In this document: piece by piece, positions 35,258 to 42,843 of the stretch
How the letters are laid out: each line of letters starts with the position of its first letter
How positions within the stretch are numbered: position 1 is the stretch's first letter
Assembly: GCA_944358165.1 (NCBI GenBank)
Contig: CALVQS010000002.1
Location: 1-42,843, forward strand
Reading direction: 5' to 3'
Source: an uncultured Bacilli bacterium
Lineage (GTDB): Bacteria > Bacillota_I > Bacilli_A > RF39 > UBA660
Length of the DNA stretch: 42,843 nt
Program-made: the position numbers and the translations under genes
The notes under the pieces: generated by a model
The model's database searches: none
What the model was told of the DNA's origin: nothing
The model's input: the letters and a program-made list of their open reading frames with translations, nothing else

Positions 35258-36124
35258 ATGAAAAAAATAGAGAAGTATATCTATCTAGTATTAGCTTTAA
35301 TTGTATTAGCAATGATTGTCAGTAGTATTATTTTCATTGTTACCTTAAATAATCAAGATAAGCAAACAATGGAAGCAGAAGAAAATAATCAATCAAATAA
35401 TGAAGAAGTAACTTTAGAAGATAGTATAAAATTAAATAGAACATATAAACTAGATGATTTAATTATAGAAGAATTTACAATCACTTTAAATAATAAAATA
35501 AGTACTTTCAAAATAGAGTATCAATACAATCATGAGGAAGATGATAATTACCTTATCATAAATGGAAATTTTAAAGAAGATCAACTAATAACTTTAGCAT
35601 ACACAAAGGATGAAGAAAGTAATTACACCAAAGAAGATATTTTTACTACAGAAAACATTGAAACCAACTTTAATGAAGATAATTTTAGCATTATAAAAGG
35701 AACAGATAATAAAAGTTATTTATTAATTCAAACTAGAACTGATAATAGTTTTGATTCTTCAGAATTGTATGTTTATAATGATGAACTAAAATTAATAAGT
35801 GCAAATATCATTACAGCAGAAGAAAGTCCCGATTATTTTTCTCATAATGGCTTTATCATTGATAATTTTTATGGTAATATCCCATGTGAATTTAATAATT
35901 CCAATCCTTTATATAAAAGAACTTTAAAAAAAGTAAATGAATTTTCAAGCGATTACCAATATGTAAAAATAGAAAATAATAAAATTTATTTCTTATACCC
36001 AAAAATAAAAGAAGATTTAAGTGGTGGTATTTTAGAAGAAAGAATTTATACAATTAATAATAACAATTTAGAATATGAAACGGGAAACACTTATACATTT
36101 AATAGTGTTTGTCAACAAATATAA
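35258..36124 (+). CDS. hypothetical membrane-anchored extracellular protein
   Basis: 288 aa; one N-terminal TM helix; Asn/Glu/Tyr-rich ectodomain; no family recognised. Confidence 0.6.
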   Translation: MKKIEKYIYLVLALIVLAMIVSSIIFIVTLNNQDKQTMEAEENNQSNNEEVTLEDSIKLNRTYKLDDLIIEEFTITLNNKISTFKIEYQYNHEEDDNYLIINGNFKEDQLITLAYTKDEESNYTKEDIFTTENIETNFNEDNFSIIKGTDNKSYLLIQTRTDNSFDSSELYVYNDELKLISANIITAEESPDYFSHNGFIIDNFYGNIPCEFNNSNPLYKRTLKKVNEFSSDYQYVKIENNKIYFLYPKIKEDLSGGILEERIYTINNNNLEYETGNTYTFNSVCQQI

Positions 36125-36147
36125 TACTGATAAAATTCAGTATTTTT
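36123..36147 (+). terminator. intrinsic terminator
   Basis: aatactga / tcagtatt stem, 6-nt loop, then a T-run. Confidence 0.7.
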
Positions 36148-36193
36148 AATTGCAAATATTTAAAAATTTGTTATAATAAATATCCGAGGTTTA

Positions 36194-36724
36194 ATGATGA
36201 AGATAACAGATTTTTTACAAGCAATAGAACAAGAACTATATAATATTCATGCTACACTTTTTGGAGGTGTTTATACTTCTGAAGAACTAGAAGAAATAAA
36301 AAGTACATTAATAGATTATAAAAGTATTTTAGAAGATTTAAAATATTATAATGAAGAAATCGGTAATACAATGAATCGAATAATAAAATTATTTACCATT
36401 TCCTTTTACACAATTGCACTTTTAATATTTTACTTTGTTATTTTAAATATTTTAAGTTTACTAGTTGGAGGTGCTTTATTTTCCATTTGTATTTATTTAT
36501 CCCATAAATTTAAAAGAGCCTATCAGCAATTAAAAGAAAGTGATAAAATAGGATTAAAAATAGCAAATTTACTATCTGATGTTACTTATAAAGAAGAGAT
36601 TACAAATAAAAAATTAGAAAAACTAAAAAAATTAACAAAATTACAAGAACAAAATATTTTACCAGTTTTAGAACCAAACTTAGAAAAAGAAAAAGAATTT
36701 ATTAGAGTACGAAAGCGAAAATAG
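36194..36724 (+). CDS. hypothetical membrane protein
   Basis: 176 aa; helical N-terminus, two central hydrophobic helices, basic/acidic helical tail; no family recognised. Confidence 0.55.
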   Translation: MMKITDFLQAIEQELYNIHATLFGGVYTSEELEEIKSTLIDYKSILEDLKYYNEEIGNTMNRIIKLFTISFYTIALLIFYFVILNILSLLVGGALFSICIYLSHKFKRAYQQLKESDKIGLKIANLLSDVTYKEEITNKKLEKLKKLTKLQEQNILPVLEPNLEKEKEFIRVRKRK

Positions 36725-36757
36725 ACAATTCTAGACAAATATTCTAATTTAAAATTC

Positions 36758-36786
36758 ATGACAACAGCTTGATTCCATGCTATAAT
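36758..36786 (+). promoter_or_regulatory. putative promoter of the PFOR gene (ATGACA, 17-nt spacer, TGcTATAAT extended -10)
   Basis: Read by eye; lies inside the N-terminal extension of the six-frame ORF, which argues that extension is not translated. Confidence 0.5.
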
Positions 36787-36804
36787 GATATAGGTGATGA
36801 TAAA

Positions 36805-39800
36805 TTGAAAATATGCGATGGAAATAAAGCTTGTAGTGATATAGCTTACTTTTTTAGTGAAGTATCAAGTATATATCCCATAACTCCGTCAAGTCCTATG
36901 GCATCCAATATTGATGCATTAACACATGATAAATTAAACTTGTTTGATTCTCCGGTAAAATTAGTGGAGATGCAAAGTGAAGCAGGAGCTGCAGGAGCCT
37001 TTCATGGTGCCTTAATTAGTGGATCATTAGCATCTACTTTTACAGCTAGTCAAGGCTTACTTTTAATGATACCAAATATGTATAAAATAGCAGGCGAAAT
37101 GCTTCCTGGAGTGATTCATGTAGCAGCAAGAACCGTAGCAACCAATGCTTTATCCATTTTTGGTGATCATAGTGACGTTTATGGGGCACGTTCCACCGGC
37201 TTTGCTATTTTAGCGTCTTCCAATGTTTATGATGCCCAAAATCTAGCAGCTGTAGCCCATCTATCAGCAATAAAAGGAAGTATTCCTTTCTTACATTTTT
37301 TTGATGGATTTAGAACTAGTCATGAAATTAGTTCTATTAAAGAATTACCAATTGATGAATTAAAAAAGATCATTCCTTGGGATAAAATTGATGAATTCAA
37401 AAACAAAGCTTTAAATGTTTCTTCTGGTATTCAAAAGGGAATGAGTATGAATGAAGATATTTTCTTCCAAACTCAAGAAGCAAGAAATCCAAGTTATGAA
37501 ATACTTCCAGATATTGTAAATGAATATATGGAAAACATTAATAAAATAATGGGAACAAACTACAAACCATTTACTTATTATGGTGATTTATGTGCCACCA
37601 ATATTATCATTGCGATGGGAAGTATTACGGATACCATTAAATTAATAGTAGATGAAGAAAGAAAAAAAGGAAAAAAAATTGGTGTAATAACTGTCCACTT
37701 ATATCGTCCATTTAGTACAAAATACTTACTAGAAGTACTTCCTAAGACTACCCAAAATATAGCTGTCCTAGACCGAGCAAAAGAAGCTGGAGCAAGTGGT
37801 GAGCCATTATATTTAGATGTAGTAAATGCTCTAAAAGATACAAATATAAACATAGTTGGAGGAAGATTTGGTCTTTCTAGCAAAAATACAACTCCAGCAG
37901 ATATCAAAAGTGTATACACCATGTTAGAAGAAAATTTAAAGAACAATTTTACCATTGGAATTACAGATGATGTAACTTATACAAGCCTACCAAAAGAGAC
38001 TTACAAAGTAGATTTAAACGATAAAGAATTTTTAATATATGGATATGGTTCTGATGGCTGTGTCAGTGCCTCAAAAGATATCTTAAAAATTATGGGAAAT
38101 AATGGTAATTATGTAAATGGTTATTTTTCATATGATTCAAAGAAAAGTGGAGGAGTAACGGTAAGTAATCTAAGAATTGCTACCCATGAATTAAATGCAC
38201 CATTTTATGTAGAAAATCCTAGTTTAATTGTTGTAACAAAAGATGAATATTTCAAGAAATTTAATATGATAGACCATATTTGCGAAAATGGAACGATTAT
38301 TATTAATACCAATAAAACGGAAGAAGAAATGAGTAGCCTATTTTCTTTAGAAGACATAAACACGATAAAAGAAAGAAACGTAAAAGTATATACAATTGAT
38401 GCATCCCTAATCGCTGCAAACTGTGGTATTCGAGGAAAAATAAGTAAAATTATTGAGATGATTGTTTTAGATAAACTAAATATTCCAAATGCCGAAGAAT
38501 TAATTACCGAAAGTATTAAAAAGTCTTTTAAAACTAAAGGTGAAAACATAATTAACAGCAATATTTCTGCTATAAAAGAAGCTTTAAAGAACTTAAATGA
38601 AATAAAGATTACAATAAAAAATAACAAACCAGAAGAAGAAAACTTAGATGTGTTTAGTAAAATTAATCGTCGTAGGGGAGATGAACTCACCGTTAGTGAA
38701 GTATCCATGTTAAAAACAGGAACATTCCCAGATGGATTAAGCAAACTAGAAAAAAGACACGTCAATAGTTTTGCTCCGAAATGGATTAAAGAAAACTGTA
38801 TCGAATGTGGCCGTTGTAGTTTTGTTTGTCCTCATGCAGTAATTAGAACATTTGTATCAAAAGATGAATCAGGCATTCCTTTCTTAGCGAATAAAGAATA
38901 CACTTATCAAGTATTAGTAAGTGAAGTAGATTGTACCGAATGTGGTTTATGTATTGAAGAATGTCCTGGTAAAAATGGTAAAAAAGCTTTAGAATTTGGT
39001 CCAGTAGATTTAGATGCCCAAAGAAAAGCCAATGAATACTTTAATAACTATGAAAATCCTGAAGTATTAAATAAATTTACAGTTCCAGGAGCAGCCCTAT
39101 GTAAACCAAGATTTGAATTTAGTGGAGCTTGTGCAGGCTGTGGTGAAACTCCATACATCAATTTAATAACAAGACTTTTTGGTGATGAATTAGTAATTGC
39201 TAATGCAACTGGTTGTTCTAGTATTTATGGTGGTTCTGTTCCAACAACACCATACACAATTCCATGGGCCAACTCTTTATTTGAAGATAATGCCGAATTT
39301 GCTTTAGGAATGCACCTTTCTTTCCAAAGTAAACGTTCTTTAATAAAAAGAATCATGGAAGAGGAAATGGATCATGTAAGCAAAGAGACAAAGGAATTAT
39401 TTCAAGAATTTATAAATAACTTTAATGATTTTAAAATTACAATGAATATCAAAAATAAATTATCAAAACTAGAAATACCAGAAAAATTAAAAAGTTTATT
39501 AAATTACATTCCATCAAGAACAGTTCTTGCCATAGGAGGAGATGGATGGGCTTATGATATTGGCTTTGGTGGCCTAGATCATGTTTTATCAACTGGTGAA
39601 AACATCAAAGTATTAGTACTTGATACAGAAGTTTATTCAAATACAGGAGGTCAAGCTAGTAAAGCAAGTAAACTTGGAGCTGTCGCTGAATTTGCGAACT
39701 TTGGTAAAAAAACAGCTAAAAAAGATTTATTTAGAATTGCTATGTCTTATCCAAATTGTTATGTTGCAAGTATTAGTTTAGGTGCGAATATGATGCAAGG

Positions 39801-40164
39801 AATTAAAGCAATGAAAGAAGCAATGGAACATAATGGTCCAGCAATCATTATTGCTTATTGTCCATGTATTGAACAAGGTATTAAAACCGGAATGTCTCAT
39901 TCAACGGAAGAAGAAAAACTTGCTAGTGAAGTAGGATATACACTATTAATGCGTTATAATCCAACAGAAGAAAAACTATACTTAGATAATAAAGAACCAA
40001 ACTTTGATAATTATGAAGCATTCTTAGATAATGAAGTTCGTTATAACTCTCTCAAAATAAAAGATGAAACACTAGCCAAAGAACTATTATCAAAACAAAT
40101 AGACAATGCTAAAAAAAGATATGCATACTATAAAGAATTAAGTGAAAAAACTTCTCAAAAATAA
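36805..40164 (+). CDS. nifJ: pyruvate:ferredoxin (flavodoxin) oxidoreductase
   Basis: N-terminus (M)KICDGNKACSDIAYFFSEVSSIYPITPSSPMAS; two 4Fe-4S motifs (CIECGRCSFVCPH, CTECGLCIEECP); TPP site GGDGWAYDIGFGGLDH; start set at TTG 36805 behind AGGTGA. Confidence 0.93.
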   Translation: MKICDGNKACSDIAYFFSEVSSIYPITPSSPMASNIDALTHDKLNLFDSPVKLVEMQSEAGAAGAFHGALISGSLASTFTASQGLLLMIPNMYKIAGEMLPGVIHVAARTVATNALSIFGDHSDVYGARSTGFAILASSNVYDAQNLAAVAHLSAIKGSIPFLHFFDGFRTSHEISSIKELPIDELKKIIPWDKIDEFKNKALNVSSGIQKGMSMNEDIFFQTQEARNPSYEILPDIVNEYMENINKIMGTNYKPFTYYGDLCATNIIIAMGSITDTIKLIVDEERKKGKKIGVITVHLYRPFSTKYLLEVLPKTTQNIAVLDRAKEAGASGEPLYLDVVNALKDTNINIVGGRFGLSSKNTTPADIKSVYTMLEENLKNNFTIGITDDVTYTSLPKETYKVDLNDKEFLIYGYGSDGCVSASKDILKIMGNNGNYVNGYFSYDSKKSGGVTVSNLRIATHELNAPFYVENPSLIVVTKDEYFKKFNMIDHICENGTIIINTNKTEEEMSSLFSLEDINTIKERNVKVYTIDASLIAANCGIRGKISKIIEMIVLDKLNIPNAEELITESIKKSFKTKGENIINSNISAIKEALKNLNEIKITIKNNKPEEENLDVFSKINRRRGDELTVSEVSMLKTGTFPDGLSKLEKRHVNSFAPKWIKENCIECGRCSFVCPHAVIRTFVSKDESGIPFLANKEYTYQVLVSEVDCTECGLCIEECPGKNGKKALEFGPVDLDAQRKANEYFNNYENPEVLNKFTVPGAALCKPRFEFSGACAGCGETPYINLITRLFGDELVIANATGCSSIYGGSVPTTPYTIPWANSLFEDNAEFALGMHLSFQSKRSLIKRIMEEEMDHVSKETKELFQEFINNFNDFKITMNIKNKLSKLEIPEKLKSLLNYIPSRTVLAIGGDGWAYDIGFGGLDHVLSTGENIKVLVLDTEVYSNTGGQASKASKLGAVAEFANFGKKTAKKDLFRIAMSYPNCYVASISLGANMMQGIKAMKEAMEHNGPAIIIAYCPCIEQGIKTGMSHSTEEEKLASEVGYTLLMRYNPTEEKLYLDNKEPNFDNYEAFLDNEVRYNSLKIKDETLAKELLSKQIDNAKKRYAYYKELSEKTSQK

Positions 40165-40310
40165 TGCATAAAAATATGTTATTATGAATATGTCAAGGAA
40201 ACTTGCATAAAATAAAAAGAGGAATATTCAAGTTGCGCAAGTGAATGTCTCCTCCATTAATGGGTTTGACACTCTATCAATGCTGAAATATTTATTATAA
40301 GAGTTAAATA

Positions 40311-40342
40311 AAAACTTCTCAAAAATAATGAGAAGTTTTTTT
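40311..40342. terminator. bidirectional intrinsic terminator between PFOR and the XRE gene
   Basis: 10-bp stem aaaacttctc / gagaagtttt with an A-run on one side and a T-run on the other. Confidence 0.75.
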
Positions 40343-40568
40343 AAGATTGTTTTTTTGAATCACTATCAGGAACAATTTTAATCAAATCACTAGGTGTACA
40401 ATTAAGATAATGACAAAATTCTTCAATATATTTAAAAGAAATAGAAGTAGTTTGTCCTCTAATAATCCGATTAATATTTCTACTAGTTATATTCATTTGA
40501 CAACATAACCAATATTTACTTTTATTATTCTTCTTTAATAGTTCTTCAATATTTATTAATATCATCAT
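40341..40568 (-). CDS. XRE-family helix-turn-helix transcriptional regulator
   Basis: 75 aa; KSKYWLCCQMNITSRNINRIIRGQ HTH core. Confidence 0.8.
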   Translation of the reverse strand: MMILINIEELLKKNNKSKYWLCCQMNITSRNINRIIRGQTTSISFKYIEEFCHYLNCTPSDLIKIVPDSDSKKQS

Positions 40569-40675
40569 AGCACCTCAAATTTCAACTTTATTGTACAAGA
40601 TTTATAAAATTGATTTAAGGTACTTGCGTACCCTGATTTATAAGATATAATAATACTAAGTAAAGGGTAGTGTAT

Positions 40676-40969
40676 ATGAAAAAAAGAGTAATTATATTAA
40701 TAATTAGTTTAATAGCTATAACCGGAATAATTGTAGGAGTAAGTTATGCGTTTTTCTCGACCGGTGGAATGCAGGAGGCAGCAAATACATTTCAAAGTGG
40801 ATGCTTAAATATTTCTTTAACAGATGCATCATCATCGATTAATCTAAGTAATATTTATCCAGTAACAGACATTGAAGGATTAGATGGAACAAGTTATGAT
40901 TTTACAATTAAAAATACTTGTAGTACAGATGCAAATTATCAAATTAACTTAGAAAGTATTCAAGTATAG
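40676..40969 (+). CDS. small secreted protein with a SipW-dependent (TasA/camelysin-type) signal peptide
   Basis: MKKRVIILIISLIAITGIIVGVSYAFFSTGGMQEAANTFQSGCLNISL resembles the TasA-type leader (..YAYFSD....NTF..G.L.L); only about 97 aa long; start set at ATG 40676. Confidence 0.6.
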   Translation: MKKRVIILIISLIAITGIIVGVSYAFFSTGGMQEAANTFQSGCLNISLTDASSSINLSNIYPVTDIEGLDGTSYDFTIKNTCSTDANYQINLESIQV

Positions 40970-40972
40970 AAA

Positions 40973-41012
40973 AGAGTGAAGTTTATTGGTACTTACTTCA
41001 CTCTATTTTTTT
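40973..41012 (+). terminator. intrinsic terminator (plus strand)
   Basis: 10-bp perfect stem agagtgaagt / acttcactct, 12-nt loop, 7 T. Confidence 0.8.
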
Positions 41013-41014
41013 GC

Positions 41015-41115
41015 AAAAAAATAGAAGCTGCCCCCTGAAGACAGCTTCTTAAAAGAATAAAAAGGGGTTGACTAGTGTGATACTAGCACCAATTCGCCTG
41101 TTAAGTGAATTGGTG
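41015..41115 (-). ncRNA. candidate roughly 100-nt small RNA (minus strand), family unknown
   Basis: Minus-strand promoter at 41122..41150. The transcript would contain a 9-bp hairpin (caccaattc / gaattggtg), a 5-bp hairpin (ctagt / actag) and a terminal hairpin agaagctg / cagcttct followed by 7 T. It has no ATG and no ORF. Confidence 0.4.
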
Positions 41116-41121
41116 ATTGTT

Positions 41122-41150
41122 ATATTAAAGGATAAACGTCAATTTGTCAA
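41122..41150 (-). promoter_or_regulatory. minus-strand promoter (TTGACA, 17-nt spacer, TAATAT)
   Basis: Reverse complement of tgtcaa (41145..41150) and atatta (41122..41127), read directly. Confidence 0.5.
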
Positions 41151-41237
41151 CCACTTTTTCAAAAAAATTCAAAAAAATTTTAAATTAATTTACAAAGAAG
41201 AATTTGTCTGATAAAATTATAATGGTAGGTGTGAAAA

Positions 41238-42836
41238 ATGATTATAAAAAAACCATATGCCTTTATATTAAAACACTTTCGTTTAATTCATTTGTTGTTA
41301 CTAATTCCTATGATTTTTTTAGTAACCCAAACGAAGGAAATTGTAACATTCTTTCATGAATATGCAGCGAATGGATACTCATTAGGTTCATCAACTGAAG
41401 TATTATCATCACTAGCAAGCAATTACATTAATATTTTTATGTATATTGCCGTTATTCTTATTATGATAGTACTAATATTTTTATCCATTGTATTGCAACG
41501 AAAAGAAAAGCCAACCAAATTTTATAATATTAGTATTGTTTATTATTTAGTTATTTTTATATTAATCACGGTAAGTTTCACTATTTTTAGAGCAATTGAA
41601 ACCGATACATTAAGTACAGCAGCAGCTAGAATTATTCGGGATTTATCAACACTAATTCATTATAGTCAATATATATTCATAATTTATACAGCAGTACGTG
41701 GTGTTGGTTTTAACATCAAACAATTTGATTTTAAAAGCGATTTAGATGAATTAGAAATCAGCAGTGAAGATAGTGAAGAAGTTGAATTTTTAATTGGTAT
41801 TGATGCTGATGAAGCCAAAAGAACCGTAAGACGTTTTTTTAGGGAGTTAGGTTATTATTACAAAGAAAATAAATTTGTGTTTATTATGATTTTTGTAATT
41901 ATAATTGGGGTTGTAGGAACAATGCTATTTATGAATCAAGAAGTATATCAAAGAGTATACAAAGAAAGTGAAAATATAGCTTTAGGATATTTAAACTTTA
42001 ATGTTAAAGATTCTTATATATCGAATTTAAGTCAAAATGGCGAAGTATTAAATGAAGATAAATATTATGTAATCCTTCAATTAGAAATAACAAACCGTTA
42101 TCGAGAAGATCACGAATTTAACTATATTAGCTTAGAACTAACAATAAATAATGAATATTTTTTACCTGATTTATCAATCGCAAATTACTTTACCGATTAT
42201 GGAGCACCATATAATGGAACTTTAATCAAAGGTAACACAACCAGCGAATACATTCTTGTCTATGAAATAGATAAATATTTAATTAATCAAGATTTTCTAT
42301 TAACAGTATTTTCCCATTATGATGCAAGTGTAGGAGGAATTGGAAGTGTAAATAATCAAATTAGTATTGACCCAACTATTATTAATGATGAAATTACTAC
42401 CCATAATGTAAATTTAGGAACAAAAATAGATTTATCAAATACTAATTTAGGTAATTCCGAATTAGTTATCATAGATTCTGAACGAACCAGTTTTTATCAA
42501 TATTCTTATATTTCAAATGCTGGAAGAGAAAGTATTGGCTTTGCAACCCCATCAAATTATCGAAATACTCTTTTAGTATTAGGTTATAATTTAACTTTAG
42601 ATGAAAATATTCCGTATATGGATATAACCAGAACTTATCGTTCGATATTTAGTGATTTTACAAAAATAGAATATGAAGTAAATGGTACAATATATACTGC
42701 AGCAACTACCGTTGTAAATCCCAATTTATATAATGAAAAAGTAATTATTGAAGTACCAAGAGAAATAAATGATGCTGATGATATTGATTTAATATTTACA
42801 GTTAGAAACGTTTCTTATCGTATTAATCTTCTATAA
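41238..42836 (+). CDS. hypothetical polytopic membrane protein with a large C-terminal extracellular beta-rich domain
   Basis: 532 aa; about 5 N-terminal helices, an acidic linker, one more TM helix, then about 300 aa rich in Asn/Tyr/Ile; possibly a DUF4352-like fold (weak). Confidence 0.6.
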   Translation: MIIKKPYAFILKHFRLIHLLLLIPMIFLVTQTKEIVTFFHEYAANGYSLGSSTEVLSSLASNYINIFMYIAVILIMIVLIFLSIVLQRKEKPTKFYNISIVYYLVIFILITVSFTIFRAIETDTLSTAAARIIRDLSTLIHYSQYIFIIYTAVRGVGFNIKQFDFKSDLDELEISSEDSEEVEFLIGIDADEAKRTVRRFFRELGYYYKENKFVFIMIFVIIIGVVGTMLFMNQEVYQRVYKESENIALGYLNFNVKDSYISNLSQNGEVLNEDKYYVILQLEITNRYREDHEFNYISLELTINNEYFLPDLSIANYFTDYGAPYNGTLIKGNTTSEYILVYEIDKYLINQDFLLTVFSHYDASVGGIGSVNNQISIDPTIINDEITTHNVNLGTKIDLSNTNLGNSELVIIDSERTSFYQYSYISNAGRESIGFATPSNYRNTLLVLGYNLTLDENIPYMDITRTYRSIFSDFTKIEYEVNGTIYTAATTVVNPNLYNEKVIIEVPREINDADDIDLIFTVRNVSYRINLL

Positions 42837-42843
42837 TTTGACA

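Noticed and set aside
37578-38765. Antisense ORFs of 125 and 186 aa inside PFOR. There are similar antisense ORFs at 166..471, 4677..4958, 5379..5585, 18892..19194, 28837..29112, 30436..30756 and elsewhere
   Set aside because: They lie fully inside well-supported genes on the opposite strand and have Ser/Phe/Leu/Ile-rich composition typical of antisense frames of AT-rich, Lys/Glu-rich coding sequence. They have no RBS.

Overview
This is a very AT-rich chromosomal window of Firmicutes type; gene content looks Erysipelotrichia- or Clostridia-like, but the taxon cannot be proven from the sequence. Most of it is housekeeping: ftsY-ylxM, pyk, a Nudix hydrolase, clpC-like, divergent thyA/folA plus a P-loop kinase, a PLP enzyme-dapF-murE operon, pduL, dusB, murC, a ZIP transporter, an SDR-patatin pair, yebC and a pyruvate:ferredoxin oxidoreductase (PFOR, nifJ-type). 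Five accessory patches interrupt it. (1) 13.8-15.6 kb holds two tandem 900-bp DUF1016/YhcG-type nuclease genes, each inactivated by a different lesion, ending in a perfect 21-bp inverted repeat. (2) 17.2-24.9 kb is the main candidate system: a seven-gene type IV secretion (T4SS)-like module. It has two secreted Cys-rich proteins ending in a pilin-like two-helix hairpin, a VirB6-like polytopic protein, a helical protein, a PrgI/VirB3-like protein and a VirB4 ATPase split into two TAATG-coupled ORFs. I see no relaxase, coupling protein, cell-wall hydrolase or integrase in the window. (3) 24.9-26.5 kb is a decay zone with orphan terminators, a 5'-truncated KilA-N gene, and a short relatively GC-rich Asn-codon-rich fragment that resembles the repeat of a diversity-generating retroelement (DGR). 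(4) 26.5-28.8 kb holds a collagen-like GPT-repeat protein with an N-terminal CCC motif, no C-terminal globular domain and 63-bp tandem repeats, divergent from a GT2+TPR glycosyltransferase. (5) 40.3-42.8 kb holds an XRE regulator, a small protein with a SipW/TasA-type signal peptide, a candidate minus-strand small RNA (sRNA) with its own promoter and terminator, and a large membrane protein. I saw no rRNA, tRNA or CRISPR array by eye. Hand-derived coordinates for promoters and hairpins may be off by 1-2 nt.
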